In this document: piece after piece, positions 1-8,335 of the stretch | Layout: every line of letters begins with the position of its first letter | Numbering within the stretch: position 1 is the stretch's first letter | Virus record (IMG/VR): IMGVR_UViG_3300032070_000001 | Span: 12,183 to 76,182 of that record | Direction: 5' to 3' (one strand) | DNA length: 64,000 bases | DNA from: a virus | Taxonomy: Duplodnaviria; Heunggongvirae; Uroviricota; Caudoviricetes | Position numbers and translations under genes: made by a program | Notes under the pieces: generated by a model | Told to the model about the DNA's origin: nothing | Databases searched by the model: none | Seen by the model: only the letters and a program-made list of their open reading frames with translations

Positions 1-878
1 AGGCTGGAGAAGATGTGGCCGCTCGTGATTGCCTGCCAGCAGGTCGCCACTTTTTCGGCGAGCTTCTGTTGGTAGTCAGCTTTGACCCGGCCGCGATGGC
101 GGGCGTAGCGGAGCGTGGGTGGATTGCCCTCGCCCATGAACTTGGCACAGAGTTCCTCGATCCCCAGGACCGTGTTCTCGTCGCCGATCTTCTCGCCCAA
201 GAGCCAGCTATAGAGGCAAAGCTGGTCGGCGTATTCGTCGTTGCAGAACTCCATGTAGCCGCTGTTGATCGTCAGGCCCCGGAAGTCCATTGCCTTATAC
301 ATGGCGTGCTCTTTGCCTTGGCTGCGGCTGGCCTTGCCGACGAAGCCGTCCAGGCAAGTGGCATAACCCTTGGATGGACTGGCCCCGTACTTGGAGCAGT
401 AGCCTCGAACCTTCCAGTCATAGACGCACCGGATGCGTCCTAACCCACGGTCCAGGGTGAAACCCAAGTCGGGCTTCCCGGTGAAAGGTGCGCCGGCGAT
501 CACGCCGTCTACCTTGAACTCGAAGCGCGGCGGCTCGACCGACTGTTGCAAGGTCTTGAGCAGATCGTCGTAGGCCCCGCACAACTTGTACGCCTTGAAG
601 ACCCGCTTGCCGGCCACCAGGGCGAAGTCGCGGTTCTGGGGTTCCACCTGGCTCTCGAAGATTGCCGGGAACTCGAACTGCGGCGATACGGCGTGGCCAT
701 AGAGGTGCCAGTTGAGCATGGCCTTGACGTAGGCATCAAAGGCACTCCCCACAGCCGCCGGTTTCTCCTGGGGTAGCCGGGGCGCGGCATGATCGGCCAG
801 GTAGCGGACGTAGAACTCATCCTGGTCCTTGTACCAAAGGGACATCGACGAATAGGAAAGCGACCTCGGGATACGCAT
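1..878 (-). CDS. PD-(D/E)XK-type nuclease-like protein (C-terminus runs past the window edge)
   Basis: Reverse-strand frame starts at ATG (RC of 876-878) and stays open to position 1, so it is absent from the ORF track (no stop in window). Translation MRIPRSLSYSSMSLWYKDQDEF...GKPDLGF(x12)IRCVYDWKV shows a D...(D/E)xK-like core. A TAG 9 nt upstream ends the previous gene. Confidence 0.5.
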   Translation of the reverse strand, partial: MRIPRSLSYSSMSLWYKDQDEFYVRYLADHAAPRLPQEKPAAVGSAFDAYVKAMLNWHLYGHAVSPQFEFPAIFESQVEPQNRDFALVAGKRVFKAYKLCGAYDDLLKTLQQSVEPPRFEFKVDGVIAGAPFTGKPDLGFTLDRGLGRIRCVYDWKVRGYCSKYGASPSKGYATCLDGFVGKASRSQGKEHAMYKAMDFRGLTINSGYMEFCNDEYADQLCLYSWLLGEKIGDENTVLGIEELCAKFMGEGNPPTLRYARHRGRVKADYQQKLAEKVATCWQAITSGHIFSS

Positions 879-885
879 GATTGAT

Positions 886-1297
886 CTCTACTTGTGGGGT
901 CCAGGGTGCGGTGACTGGGGCTGCGGTGGCTGGGGCTGCGGTGGCTGGGGCCTCGGCGGGGCTGGCTTAGGTGGCCGGGGCGGTTCTGGCCTCGGCGGGG
1001 CTGGCTTAGGTGGCCGGGGCGGTTCTGGCCTCGGCGGGCTGGCTTAGGTGGCTGAGGTTTCGGCGGCATCGGTTTGGGTGGGCGCGGAGGCTCGGGCCTG
1101 GGCGGGCGCGGAGGCGGGGGCGGATAGGGTCGTGGTGGCCGGGGGCTGGGCACCGGGTAGGGTTCCGGGTAAGGCAACGGGTAAGGAATAGGAACAGGGA
1201 TTGGCATAGGCCGAGGCACCGGCTGAGGCTGAGGGCGCGGTTCATTCGGCTGGCAACCCAACCCAAGAATCAGGACAACAAACAGCAATTTGCGCAT
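886..1297 (-). pseudogene. proline-rich lipoprotein; reading frame broken by a 1-nt difference inside a tandem repeat
   Basis: N-terminus MRKLLFVVLILGLGC has a signal peptide and lipobox Cys, followed by a PxP-rich body. The third copy of the 39-bp repeat has GGG where the other copies have GGGG (about 1036-1040). Restoring one base gives clean PPKPAPPRPEPPRP repeats ending at TAG 888-890, just before the next gene's start at 878. As written, the frame runs on spuriously to 509. Confidence 0.5.
900..1070. repeat. tandem repeats: 15-bp x2 and 39-bp x~2.7, coding for the Pro-rich region
   Basis: ggggctgcggtggct x2, then ggggctggcttaggtggccggggcggttctggcctcggc x2 plus a third copy lacking one G. 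Confidence 0.85.
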
Positions 1298-1309
1298 CGC
1301 ATCAAGTCC

Positions 1310-1708
1310 TCAAGTCCACAGGCATCCTCGCACAGTAATCAGTTTGTGCAGCATGGCGCTGTCTTCGTCGTAGTCGTCGTAGTCCGGGTCGGCTTTGCGG
1401 TGCTGCCACCAGGCGTACAATTCGCGGATCGTCTTCCAGGCGGCCTCACGCTCGTGGGCCTGCTCTTCACCGCACTCCGTCACGTAGGCGGCGTACACGT
1501 CGGCCGTGAACTCCCACGGTTGCTCATGCTTCACGAAGTCTTCCAGGATTTGGAAGGCCGCGAAGACCAATAAGTAGTCACGGTCGCACCACGTCGGCGG
1601 CAAGGCTCGGCAGACCACCACGTTGTAGTGGTGCCACAATCGGCAACGAAGCCAGTACCAGGCGTCGCACAAGCGACGGGTCAAATGACGGAAGCGGTAT
1701 CGACGCAT
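1310..1708 (-). CDS. hypothetical protein
   Basis: C-terminal two-thirds of ORF 1310..1924 looks protein-like ([10 protein letters not shown]...[18 protein letters not shown]...). The first in-frame ATG downstream of the SEC-C gene overlap is at 1706-1708 or 1721-1723 (a 15-bp direct duplication cgcatgtggtatcga). The N-terminal 67 aa of the tabulated ORF is low-complexity. Confidence 0.4.
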   Translation of the reverse strand: MRRYRFRHLTRRLCDAWYWLRCRLWHHYNVVVCRALPPTWCDRDYLLVFAAFQILEDFVKHEQPWEFTADVYAAYVTECGEEQAHEREAAWKTIRELYAWWQHRKADPDYDDYDEDSAMLHKLITVRGCLWT

Positions 1709-1973
1709 GTGGTATCGACGCATGTGGTCTCTTGGGGTTGAGTGGTGACAATGATCGTGTCGCCGGTGGTCAAAGACGGCGGCTGCGGCGGCGGCGACAG
1801 AACCGGATGACCGAGAATCTGGGCGACCACGACCTGTTGGCGGAGGTGCGGCGGCAGGGCCGCCAAGACTTGAATGGCCGAGAGGCAACAGCGCTTCGCC
1901 TTCTTGCCGCTGCCACAGGGGCATCGGTCATTGCGGCCCGGGACCTTTTCTTTTCGATAGGGTTGTGGTTTCA
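1681..1973 (-). CDS. small protein with C-terminal-type SEC-C metal-binding motif
   Basis: [30 protein letters not shown] carries the [15 protein letters not shown] motif. ATG is RC of 1971-1973 with a GGAGA RBS 5 nt upstream. The tabulated ORF 1681..2112 is N-extended. Confidence 0.6.
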
Positions 1974-2142
1974 TCTCAGTCTCCAAAAGAAAAGAGCGGA
2001 TTACTGCGCGTTCGCTGGCGTCGGTATAATCTCCGCGTTCACGCGCCCTTGGGCCGCGTGGCCCTCTCCAGAATTCCCGTGCCCGGGTACTACCGAAATC
2101 TTCCCGGGACAACCCTCATCCGCTCAGTGGTTCACTTTGATC

Positions 2143-2370
2143 TCAATTCCGCGATGACTTCGCTTTGCCCCAGGGGACCTGATGCCAGAGACGTTCGTGG
2201 CCGTAGAACAGAACCAGCTTCATCAGAAACGTCACCACGGCAAACGTGACGCACGTGCCGATTTGACCGAACATCAACCAAGCCACGCCAAAGGTCACCA
2301 GCGTGGAGAAAGTCTCCCACGTGACGGCCTTGACGATAGTTCGCTTCGGGGTACTGGAGTCAGGCTTCAT
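2143..2370 (-). CDS. small membrane protein (2 predicted TM helices)
   Basis: 75 aa with two hydrophobic stretches (VTFGVAWLMFGQIGTCVTFAVVTFLMKLVLF). Sits directly upstream of the NDT-HNH gene. Confidence 0.45.
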   Translation of the reverse strand: MKPDSSTPKRTIVKAVTWETFSTLVTFGVAWLMFGQIGTCVTFAVVTFLMKLVLFYGHERLWHQVPWGKAKSSRN

Positions 2371-3422
2371 GGTAGTTGTCTCCTAACAACTCATGGCCTA
2401 CCCGGTTGCGAACTTTGCGTGCTTCATCAAGCGTTGGGTAACGTCCTAACCGATGCTTGACTCCACAGAACATGATTTCCGGGTGATACCAGTTGTCTTG
2501 GACCCAGATGCCCTTTACGCCACTGGTGTTGTTTGACTGCTTACCTCGGTTATGCAGATTGATAGCGCGTTCAGTGACTCGCAAATTCTCCCGGGTATTG
2601 TTCAGCGCATTGCGATCAAGATGATCGACTTGCATGAGTTCGGGGTCGTATGGCAACCCCATTCGCAACACAACCTCTTGGTGCATGTATCGTGTGACAC
2701 CAATGCCCGCGTATTTCTGTTTTCGCATTGCTCGCCAGACATTGTGCCCTTGAGCGCGCTGTTTTGCATTTCCTTGTGGCGTAGCCGACCAAAACCATCG
2801 AGTCAGGTGCGCATGATCCTCCGGGCTGACGTGTGCAATCATTCCTCTGGATACTGGGATGGTTCGTTTACCATAGAGTGTGCCGTAGTCGAGAAACCGC
2901 CAGCGGTTGTAGGTGTCGATTGGCGGAGCGTCTGCGGCAACATGACGGATGTAGCCAAAGAGTTCATCCCAAGTGCTGAAGATGTGCTGATGTGGTAGCG
3001 TCCCCCAATACCAATCAGGCAGAGCAGCTTTGCCCTGTTCCATGTGAACGAGGACTGGCGCCTTGCGGCGATTCAGTAGGGCGATTTCCTCGTGTGTTCC
3101 TGTGGAATACACTTCACGATCAAGATGGACAATCGCAAAGTCACACAGATCAGCCAATCGCAGGTCGATGCAACGAATTAGTCGCATTTCGCGGGATATA
3201 GTCTCGAAGTCTCCACGCTTCTTCTGTTCCAGGCGTAGCGCATGGTTTTCCAAATCCTCGCACGCATAGCCTACCTGCATCGGCTTGGCGCACGGGTCCA
3301 GGAAGATCAAGTCAAGATCAACTAGCTGCTCCTTGACTGTATTGCGCCAGCCTGTGCCAAAATCCTTGGCGTTGTCGATGGGACCAGAAAGGTAGACTCG
3401 GTTATAGAAAAGGCGGTTCACG
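2360..3422 (-). CDS. fusion of a nucleoside 2-deoxyribosyltransferase/DNPH1-like domain with an HNH-AP2 endonuclease domain
   Basis: Likely GTG start (RC of 3420-3422) overlapping the deoC stop in a GTGA arrangement. N-terminus YLSGPID...STGTHEEIALL...PDWYW matches the NDT/Rcl-like motifs YLAGP and a catalytic Glu. C-terminus VDHLDRNALNNTRENLR is an HNH motif, and SGVKGIWVQDNWYHPEIMFCGVKHRLGRYPTLDEARKVRNRVGHELLG is AP2-like. The first ~174 aa of tabulated ORF 2360..3943 are an out-of-gene extension across deoC. Confidence 0.6.
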
Positions 3423-4140
3423 GCAGCAGTTCCTCGTATCGGCCGGCACCTAGTCGTGTGCAACCCAGGTCCAGGTACATCGCGGCGTCGGCATACGTCT
3501 TGATGCCGCCGCTGGCCTTGACTTGAGCCTTGCCGGCAACGGCTTCCAGCATGACCCGGACGGCCTCGGGAGTGGCCCCGCCGGCTGCGTAGCCGGTGGA
3601 AGTCTTCACGAAATCCACGCCGCACTTCACGCAAAGCTGGCAGGCATTCCAAAGTTGCTGACCGTTGTAGTAGCAGGTCTCCAGAATCGCCTTGACGGGC
3701 ACCCCGAACTTGCGAACGGTGTGAACAATCCACGTCAATTCCTCGTGGACGAGCCGCTCGCGGCCTTCCAGGAAACGGCCATAGTTGATTACCACGTCCA
3801 GTTCCGTGGCACCGTGGCCTACTGCCAAAGCGGCCTCGGCCAACTTGACGGCCGGCGTCGTGTTGCCGTGCGGAAAGCCGATCACGGCGGTAACCCGTGT
3901 CGTGATCCGGCGTGCTACGGTGACGTTGCACGGAGCCACACACAGGCTGGCGATGCCCTCTTTCTCCACCAAGGCCGCCGCCTTGCGAACATCCTCCCGC
4001 GTAGCAGTCGGTTTGAGCACGGCCAGGTCCAAGGCACGGGCGATGCGCTCCCGAGCAACCTGACGGTTAATTTCCGCCGACCGCGCCATCGCCTGTTGGT
4101 ATATCTGGTCGGACGGGGGTAGTTGCAGTTTGTCGCTCAT
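3418..4140 (-). CDS. deoC: deoxyribose-phosphate aldolase
   Basis: DeoC motifs LAVLKPTATREDV, FVKTSTGYAAGGAT and VKASGGIKT. ATG is RC of 4138-4140 with an upstream GGAG. The upstream 75 codons of the tabulated ORF are Arg-rich low-complexity. Confidence 0.85.
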   Translation of the reverse strand: MSDKLQLPPSDQIYQQAMARSAEINRQVARERIARALDLAVLKPTATREDVRKAAALVEKEGIASLCVAPCNVTVARRITTRVTAVIGFPHGNTTPAVKLAEAALAVGHGATELDVVINYGRFLEGRERLVHEELTWIVHTVRKFGVPVKAILETCYYNGQQLWNACQLCVKCGVDFVKTSTGYAAGGATPEAVRVMLEAVAGKAQVKASGGIKTYADAAMYLDLGCTRLGAGRYEELLP

Positions 4141-4374
4141 GCGGCGATCTCCGGGAGGAAATGGTGTGGCCTGATGCCTTTGACGTTGAAGATCACTTCG
4201 TCTCGTCAGGACACTTCTCTTTGCAGGCCGCCAAGAACAAGTAGATGTCGTTGGCGTGGCCAAGAAAGTCCAGTTGCTTCTTCTTGGATAGAGCGTTGAA
4301 GACCTCCTCAAACGCCTTCTCCGTCTCCGCCGCCTCTGCTTTCGTGAAATCGCCTTGGGCCCCATTGCAGCCTC

Positions 4375-4560
4375 CTATAGGTGATGGACCTTACACTCTT
4401 TGCAGTAATGCTTGTCGCCCTCAACGAGCCAACCGAGGCGCGTGAGATAACTGGCGACGTTGCGTTCGTCCCATCCGCCTCTAGCCGTGGCGGTCAAGGG
4501 GACAGTCTCGAACGTGTGGCAATCGTCGCATTCGACTTCAATGGAAGCGTCGTATAGCAT
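4375..4560 (-). CDS. small Cys4 zinc-ribbon-like protein
   Basis: 61 aa with CDDC...CKEC pairs. Confidence 0.45.
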   Translation of the reverse strand: MLYDASIEVECDDCHTFETVPLTATARGGWDERNVASYLTRLGWLVEGDKHYCKECKVHHL

Positions 4561-4571
4561 GACTCAACCTG

Positions 4572-5147
4572 TCAGGTTCTTGGTTCTCGAACGGGGCGCG
4601 GGAGCGAGTTGCTCAGCTTCCAGAGTCTTCGTTCACGGTCGTCAATGTGCCCGTGACCGAGGTAAGGGAAGTAGTCATGCAGAGCTTCGTGAACCACGAT
4701 GATCGCAGCGTCCTCCGGCTCCCAAAGCAGTATCTCCGTGTCAAGTGTCATGCCAGGACACCAGGGGCAGTTGCAACCGAGCGTGTTCGCAGGAAGCGGC
4801 GCGATCATCACGTCCCAAGCACCAATCCGGTTATAGCGACGAATCGTGTAGTCCAGGATGCCTTGCAGGTCCGGGTCATCGCAGTTGGCCCGCATCACTT
4901 TCAGATGAGCGATGCACTTATCGAAGAAACACTGCTCCTGAACGTGCTGACCCGTCTGGGTATAATACAGACCGCCAATAAAAGGTCCGATGCCGTTGAC
5001 CACGAAACTCGTTACGCCAGCCACGATGAAAAGAGCCAAAACTGCCTGTGGAAGAGGCCAAAGCAACTCGCGCAGAAGCGAAACGGCCCATCGACGCCAA
5101 AACTGGCCGCGCGGTATGCTCGACCAGCGATCATAGCTCGCCTTCAT
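4572..5147 (-). CDS. membrane-anchored HExxH (zinc metalloprotease-like) protein
   Basis: TM segment LALFIVAGVTSFVVNGIGPFIGG and the motif VVHEALHDYFPYLGHGH. An AAGGGG RBS lies upstream of ATG 5147. Confidence 0.5.
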   Translation of the reverse strand: MKASYDRWSSIPRGQFWRRWAVSLLRELLWPLPQAVLALFIVAGVTSFVVNGIGPFIGGLYYTQTGQHVQEQCFFDKCIAHLKVMRANCDDPDLQGILDYTIRRYNRIGAWDVMIAPLPANTLGCNCPWCPGMTLDTEILLWEPEDAAIIVVHEALHDYFPYLGHGHIDDRERRLWKLSNSLPRPVREPRT

Positions 5148-5251
5148 CTTTTGCCCCTTTCGGACATGGGCACAGAGTCTCAGACAGTAAGCGGATTTAA
5201 CGAATTAAGGACGCATCTATTGGTCGCTTATGAGGCGAACGCCTTGAAGAT

Positions 5252-5482
5252 TCAGCGACCGTCGCACTTCACGTAGCCGTTCTCTTCAGCCCAGGTGACC
5301 AAAGCACGTTCCGTGAACACGTCCCCCGGTTCGCAGTTGTCATTAGCCCAGCACGTCAAGGTCTCGGGCTCGAACACATCCTCGGGGTCCATGTGCTTGC
5401 GAATCCATTCAATGGCGTCATCCAGCGGCCATTGGACAAGCAATACCGCTGCGAAGTCTCGATTCTGTTGCACGTCGGCCAT
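5252..5482 (-). CDS. hypothetical small acidic protein
   Basis: 76-aa ORF with genome-typical codon usage and no overlap conflicts. Confidence 0.45.
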   Translation of the reverse strand: MADVQQNRDFAAVLLVQWPLDDAIEWIRKHMDPEDVFEPETLTCWANDNCEPGDVFTERALVTWAEENGYVKCDGR

Positions 5483-5496
5483 ACAACTTCTCCCGC

Positions 5497-5645
5497 TTAG
5501 AATTTGTCAGCGGCCTTCGCCAAAATGCCAGCGACGAGAACGACGCCGCAGACGGTGACGATGGCCACGGCGGGCGGAGCCGTCATGGTGACGACGATGG
5601 CACCGGCCAGAAGTGAAATAATGATGGTGACGAGAGTTGCCATTG
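5497..5645 (-). CDS. small hydrophobic membrane peptide (48 aa)
   Basis: Not in the ORF track (under 60 aa). MATLVTIIISLLAGAIVVTMTAPPAVAIVTVCGVVLVAGILAKAADKF has an AAGGGGA RBS 7 nt upstream. Its stop abuts the next gene. Confidence 0.4.
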
Positions 5646-5647
5646 GG

Positions 5648-6385
5648 CTATTCCCCTTTCAAACGTTTCATGGTTTGCAGGTAGTAGGTCTCGCAGTTAC
5701 GGCAGTTACGGCAATAACTCGATTCGATGCTACTACACATCGACACGAGGCGATTATCCTGGTAACGGCGCATGACCCACCGCATGAAGGCTTTACTCGG
5801 GCACCAATAGGAATTGATGTGCCGAACCTTCCACTCGTAGCACTTCTCGCCTACGGCCGCGAGCACGTCGGCTGGCACCTGGGGCTCATGGTCATAGTAG
5901 GCCATGAAGGTAATCACCACCGGCACCTGAGCGGCGGTCCAGGCGACCACGGCCGAATCAACCAACCAAAGGTTGGTTGCCGACGTGCGAAGCCGGACAA
6001 ACATCAAGTTTCGGGCCGGCGAATACCAGCCTTCGCCGTGCCAGATCGGCATGGTTTGACCAGGGCGCTCTTCCTTGGGATTGGCCGTCAAGACCACTGG
6101 GCCAGGGAAGTCGTAGCAAGGAACACTCGTATTGAAGAAGAACCTCTTGTACTTCTGGGCGGTCTCAATCACCAGGTCACGTTGATTGTTGCTGTCATTA
6201 CCGGCATTCATGCGCACGATCCCGTCGCCCACTTCTTCGGGCATAGGGACACTGGGGACCTCCGTATAATAGGCATTCGGCCGGTTGAAGAAGCACTGCG
6301 AACAGTTGTGCGGACATTTCCCGGCCTGAGGCACACAGTCCCAGATGGTCGTGCCATCCATTTTCGGATTTCGTTTAACAGTCAC
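5648..6385 (-). CDS. Cys-cluster protein with N-terminal CxxxCxxC (possible radical-SAM-like), function unknown
   Basis: The motif CPHNCSQC lies near the N-terminus of a 245-aa ORF. No further family assignment is possible from sequence alone. Confidence 0.5.
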   Translation of the reverse strand: MTVKRNPKMDGTTIWDCVPQAGKCPHNCSQCFFNRPNAYYTEVPSVPMPEEVGDGIVRMNAGNDSNNQRDLVIETAQKYKRFFFNTSVPCYDFPGPVVLTANPKEERPGQTMPIWHGEGWYSPARNLMFVRLRTSATNLWLVDSAVVAWTAAQVPVVITFMAYYDHEPQVPADVLAAVGEKCYEWKVRHINSYWCPSKAFMRWVMRRYQDNRLVSMCSSIESSYCRNCRNCETYYLQTMKRLKGE

Positions 6386-6891
6386 AATGCGACTCCGCGA
6401 TTCAAGCGAACAAAATCACCAAAGTACCGCAATGCCGCCTCATTATAGCGGCGCGCGGCTTCGACCTTTCCAGCATGTGTACCCGGGAAGCTGCCGAGAT
6501 TCTTCGTTCTTCCGTTGACCTTAATCTGGGCTAACCAGCCGCCGGTTTTCGTAATTCGACTCACGCCCTTAAACCCTGACTTATTGGTCGAAGGCATCGG
6601 ACAGTTGCTTTTGTTTTGTGCCCGCGTGGCACGACGCAGGTTACGCCGTTGATTGTTGAGTTTGTCCAAATCACGGTGGTCAATCTCTACGGACAAATCC
6701 AATCCTTTACGAGCCGCGATGACTCGGTGCATCAAGACAGTTCCCCGTTCTGGACGCACACGATTACGCACGGCATAGCCGCCCTTTCCGTTATTACACT
6801 TGCGGTAACACCACTTCCACTGCCTCACGTAGGCGTAATCGCAATTACTCACCTTGGCAACCATGCCTTGCGTCAAAGGAATCAGTTTCAT
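6382..6891 (-). CDS. HNH-AP2 homing endonuclease (copy 1)
   Basis: IDHRDLDKLNNQRRNLRRATRAQN is an HNH_3 motif and SGFKGVSRITKTGGWLAQIKVNGRTKNLGSFPGTHAGKVEAARRYNEAALRYFGDF is AP2-like. The N-terminus MKLIPLTQG is shared with the other copies. Confidence 0.8.
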   Translation of the reverse strand: MKLIPLTQGMVAKVSNCDYAYVRQWKWCYRKCNNGKGGYAVRNRVRPERGTVLMHRVIAARKGLDLSVEIDHRDLDKLNNQRRNLRRATRAQNKSNCPMPSTNKSGFKGVSRITKTGGWLAQIKVNGRTKNLGSFPGTHAGKVEAARRYNEAALRYFGDFVRLNRGVAL

Positions 6892-7085
6892 TGGTCAAGT
6901 TTCATCACATTACGTTTGATGGCCTTGGCCAACGACTTCGGCAAAACTCGCTCGCCGCAGTTCTCGCAGATCGACCACGAGGCGTTGGGAATCCGGATCG
7001 GTGTGACAGAGCCATTCGGCGATTCGTGGATGTAGTCGCCGTGCTTTTCGCTCAGTGCGTTGCCGCACATGGGACAGCGTTTCAT
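6888..7085 (-). CDS. zinc-ribbon protein
   Basis: MKRCPMCGN...CENCGE. ATGA overlap at both ends (7082-7085 and 6888-6891). Confidence 0.5.
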   Translation of the reverse strand: MKRCPMCGNALSEKHGDYIHESPNGSVTPIRIPNASWSICENCGERVLPKSLAKAIKRNVMKLDQ

Positions 7086-7618
7086 GACGAGTAAACGGCC
7101 TCCTTGACGGTCTGGATGATCGTCTCCCACTGATCGAGGGTAACGGCCAGATATGGAACGTGGCCCGCGTTGAGGTAACCTTTGATCTCGGCGTCCAAGT
7201 CACGAGCCTGCTGCGACTCTTGGTAACGGCCGAAAGAGTTGAAGGGCGTCTCGCCGCGCTCCACCAGGAAACTGAGGCTGGGATGCGTGCGCTCGTATTC
7301 CTGGGCGATCACCGCCAGATACGATGCGATGCTCGCGTCCAGCCGTCGCGTATAAACGCACTGAAGGAGGATCGGGGAGTCGGTCACAATCACCTTGACG
7401 CTGGCCTTGAACAGTCGGTGCTCGTTCCACAGTTGATTGGCAAAAGTGAACACCTGATCGAAGACATCGAGCCGCCGGCCCTCGTAGGCCCAAGACTTGA
7501 CGAACTCCCGGACCAGTTCAGTCGGGACCCGCTGGGTCCGATTCAGTTCGGCATACACGCGGGCCGCCAAGGTGCTCTTGCCCACGCACGGGCCGCCGTA
7601 GAAGTTGATGCGAAGCAT
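7082..7618 (-). CDS. P-loop NTPase, putative (deoxy)nucleoside/nucleotide kinase (AAA_28/NadR-like)
   Basis: Walker A GGPCVGKST near the N-terminus. GGGGAG RBS upstream of ATG 7618. Confidence 0.7.
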   Translation of the reverse strand: MLRINFYGGPCVGKSTLAARVYAELNRTQRVPTELVREFVKSWAYEGRRLDVFDQVFTFANQLWNEHRLFKASVKVIVTDSPILLQCVYTRRLDASIASYLAVIAQEYERTHPSLSFLVERGETPFNSFGRYQESQQARDLDAEIKGYLNAGHVPYLAVTLDQWETIIQTVKEAVYSS

Positions 7619-7635
7619 GATGCTCCCCGGTTCTA

Positions 7636-7792
7636 CTCAGAGGTTGTACTTGCCATCGTTGTTCTTCAAATGTTGACGGAACCGTTTGGCCCCTTGTCGC
7701 TTTGCGCGTTTACCGTGGCCGCGCCGCGTGCCAAAGCAGCGGGTGTCATTGGTCTGGGTGCGGGCGACCGCCATGATCTCGGCACGTTTCAT
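7636..7792 (-). CDS. small basic protein (51 aa)
   Basis: Not in the ORF track. MKRAEIMAVARTQTNDTRCFGTRRGHGKRAKRQGAKRFRQHLKNNDGKYNL. Its ATG overlaps the upstream stop (ATGA at 7789-7792). Confidence 0.4.
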
Positions 7793-8001
7793 AGGAACCT
7801 TACCGGCAGCCACTCTGCATTCCAGCGATAAACGTCATTGGTTGGAGACGTGAATCGGTACTCAATGGTGGCCCATTCCAGCCAACGGGTCTCAACAACC
7901 TCACGGCAGGGACTACGATAGGTCAATCGTATCGGCCACCAAAGGAACTTACGCACGACCTTCGTGTCGCCGATATGTGGAATGGTTCGTTTGAATCTCA
8001 T
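7789..8001 (-). CDS. hypothetical protein, FLWWP family (paralog A)
   Basis: RKFLWWPIRL...RWLEWATIEYRF is shared with the 8071..8322 product. Confidence 0.5.
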   Translation of the reverse strand: MRFKRTIPHIGDTKVVRKFLWWPIRLTYRSPCREVVETRWLEWATIEYRFTSPTNDVYRWNAEWLPVRFL

Positions 8002-8070
8002 CGAACTTGTTGCGGATACTTGCGGACTCGAAACGATTCGATAATGCCCACTACGGCCACGCCACCAGAG

Positions 8071-8322
8071 TCATGGATTCACGAAGCGAACAAGTTCCCA
8101 AAAGTCCTCGTCATAACTACAACGGTGATAACGGTACTCAACATCAGCGGTTTCGAGCCACCGAGTCACGCCGTCAATCGTGATCGGCCACCAGAGGAAC
8201 CGATGAAACACTCGGCACTCGTGATCGCACGGTAGTTTGGTCGGCTTGCCAAATCTCATCCGCACACCAAACGAAACACGAGATACAAAAGGCCATCCAC
8301 AACAAGACCGACGATGAACCAC
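8071..8322 (-). CDS. hypothetical protein, FLWWP family (paralog B)
   Basis: HRFLWWPITIDGVTRWLETADVEYRY. Confidence 0.5.
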   Translation of the reverse strand: MVHRRSCCGWPFVSRVSFGVRMRFGKPTKLPCDHECRVFHRFLWWPITIDGVTRWLETADVEYRYHRCSYDEDFWELVRFVNP

Positions 8323-8335
8323 CGCAGAACGATGC

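Noticed and set aside
509-1297. 262-aa ORF taken at face value as one protein
   Set aside because: Beyond about 890 it overlaps the PD-(D/E)XK-like gene in another frame, and it changes character after a 1-nt repeat discrepancy. Only 886..1297 is treated as the (frameshifted) gene.
2360-3943. N-terminal 174 aa of the 527-aa ORF, and the 75-aa N-terminal extension of ORF 3418..4365
   Set aside because: Both are low-complexity Arg/Gly-rich read-through across neighbouring genes. Motif-bearing sequence begins at GTG 3422 and ATG 4140 respectively.
5504-6448. Long plus-strand ORFs (5504..6448, 7160..7831, 9466..10500, 13842..14786, 19572..20456, 24117..24800, 34193..34729, 35105..35950, 37305..37568, 48477..48995, 59184..60548 and others)
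   Set aside because: They lie antisense to motif-supported minus-strand genes and have low-complexity translations. Such shadow ORFs are expected by chance at ~60% GC.
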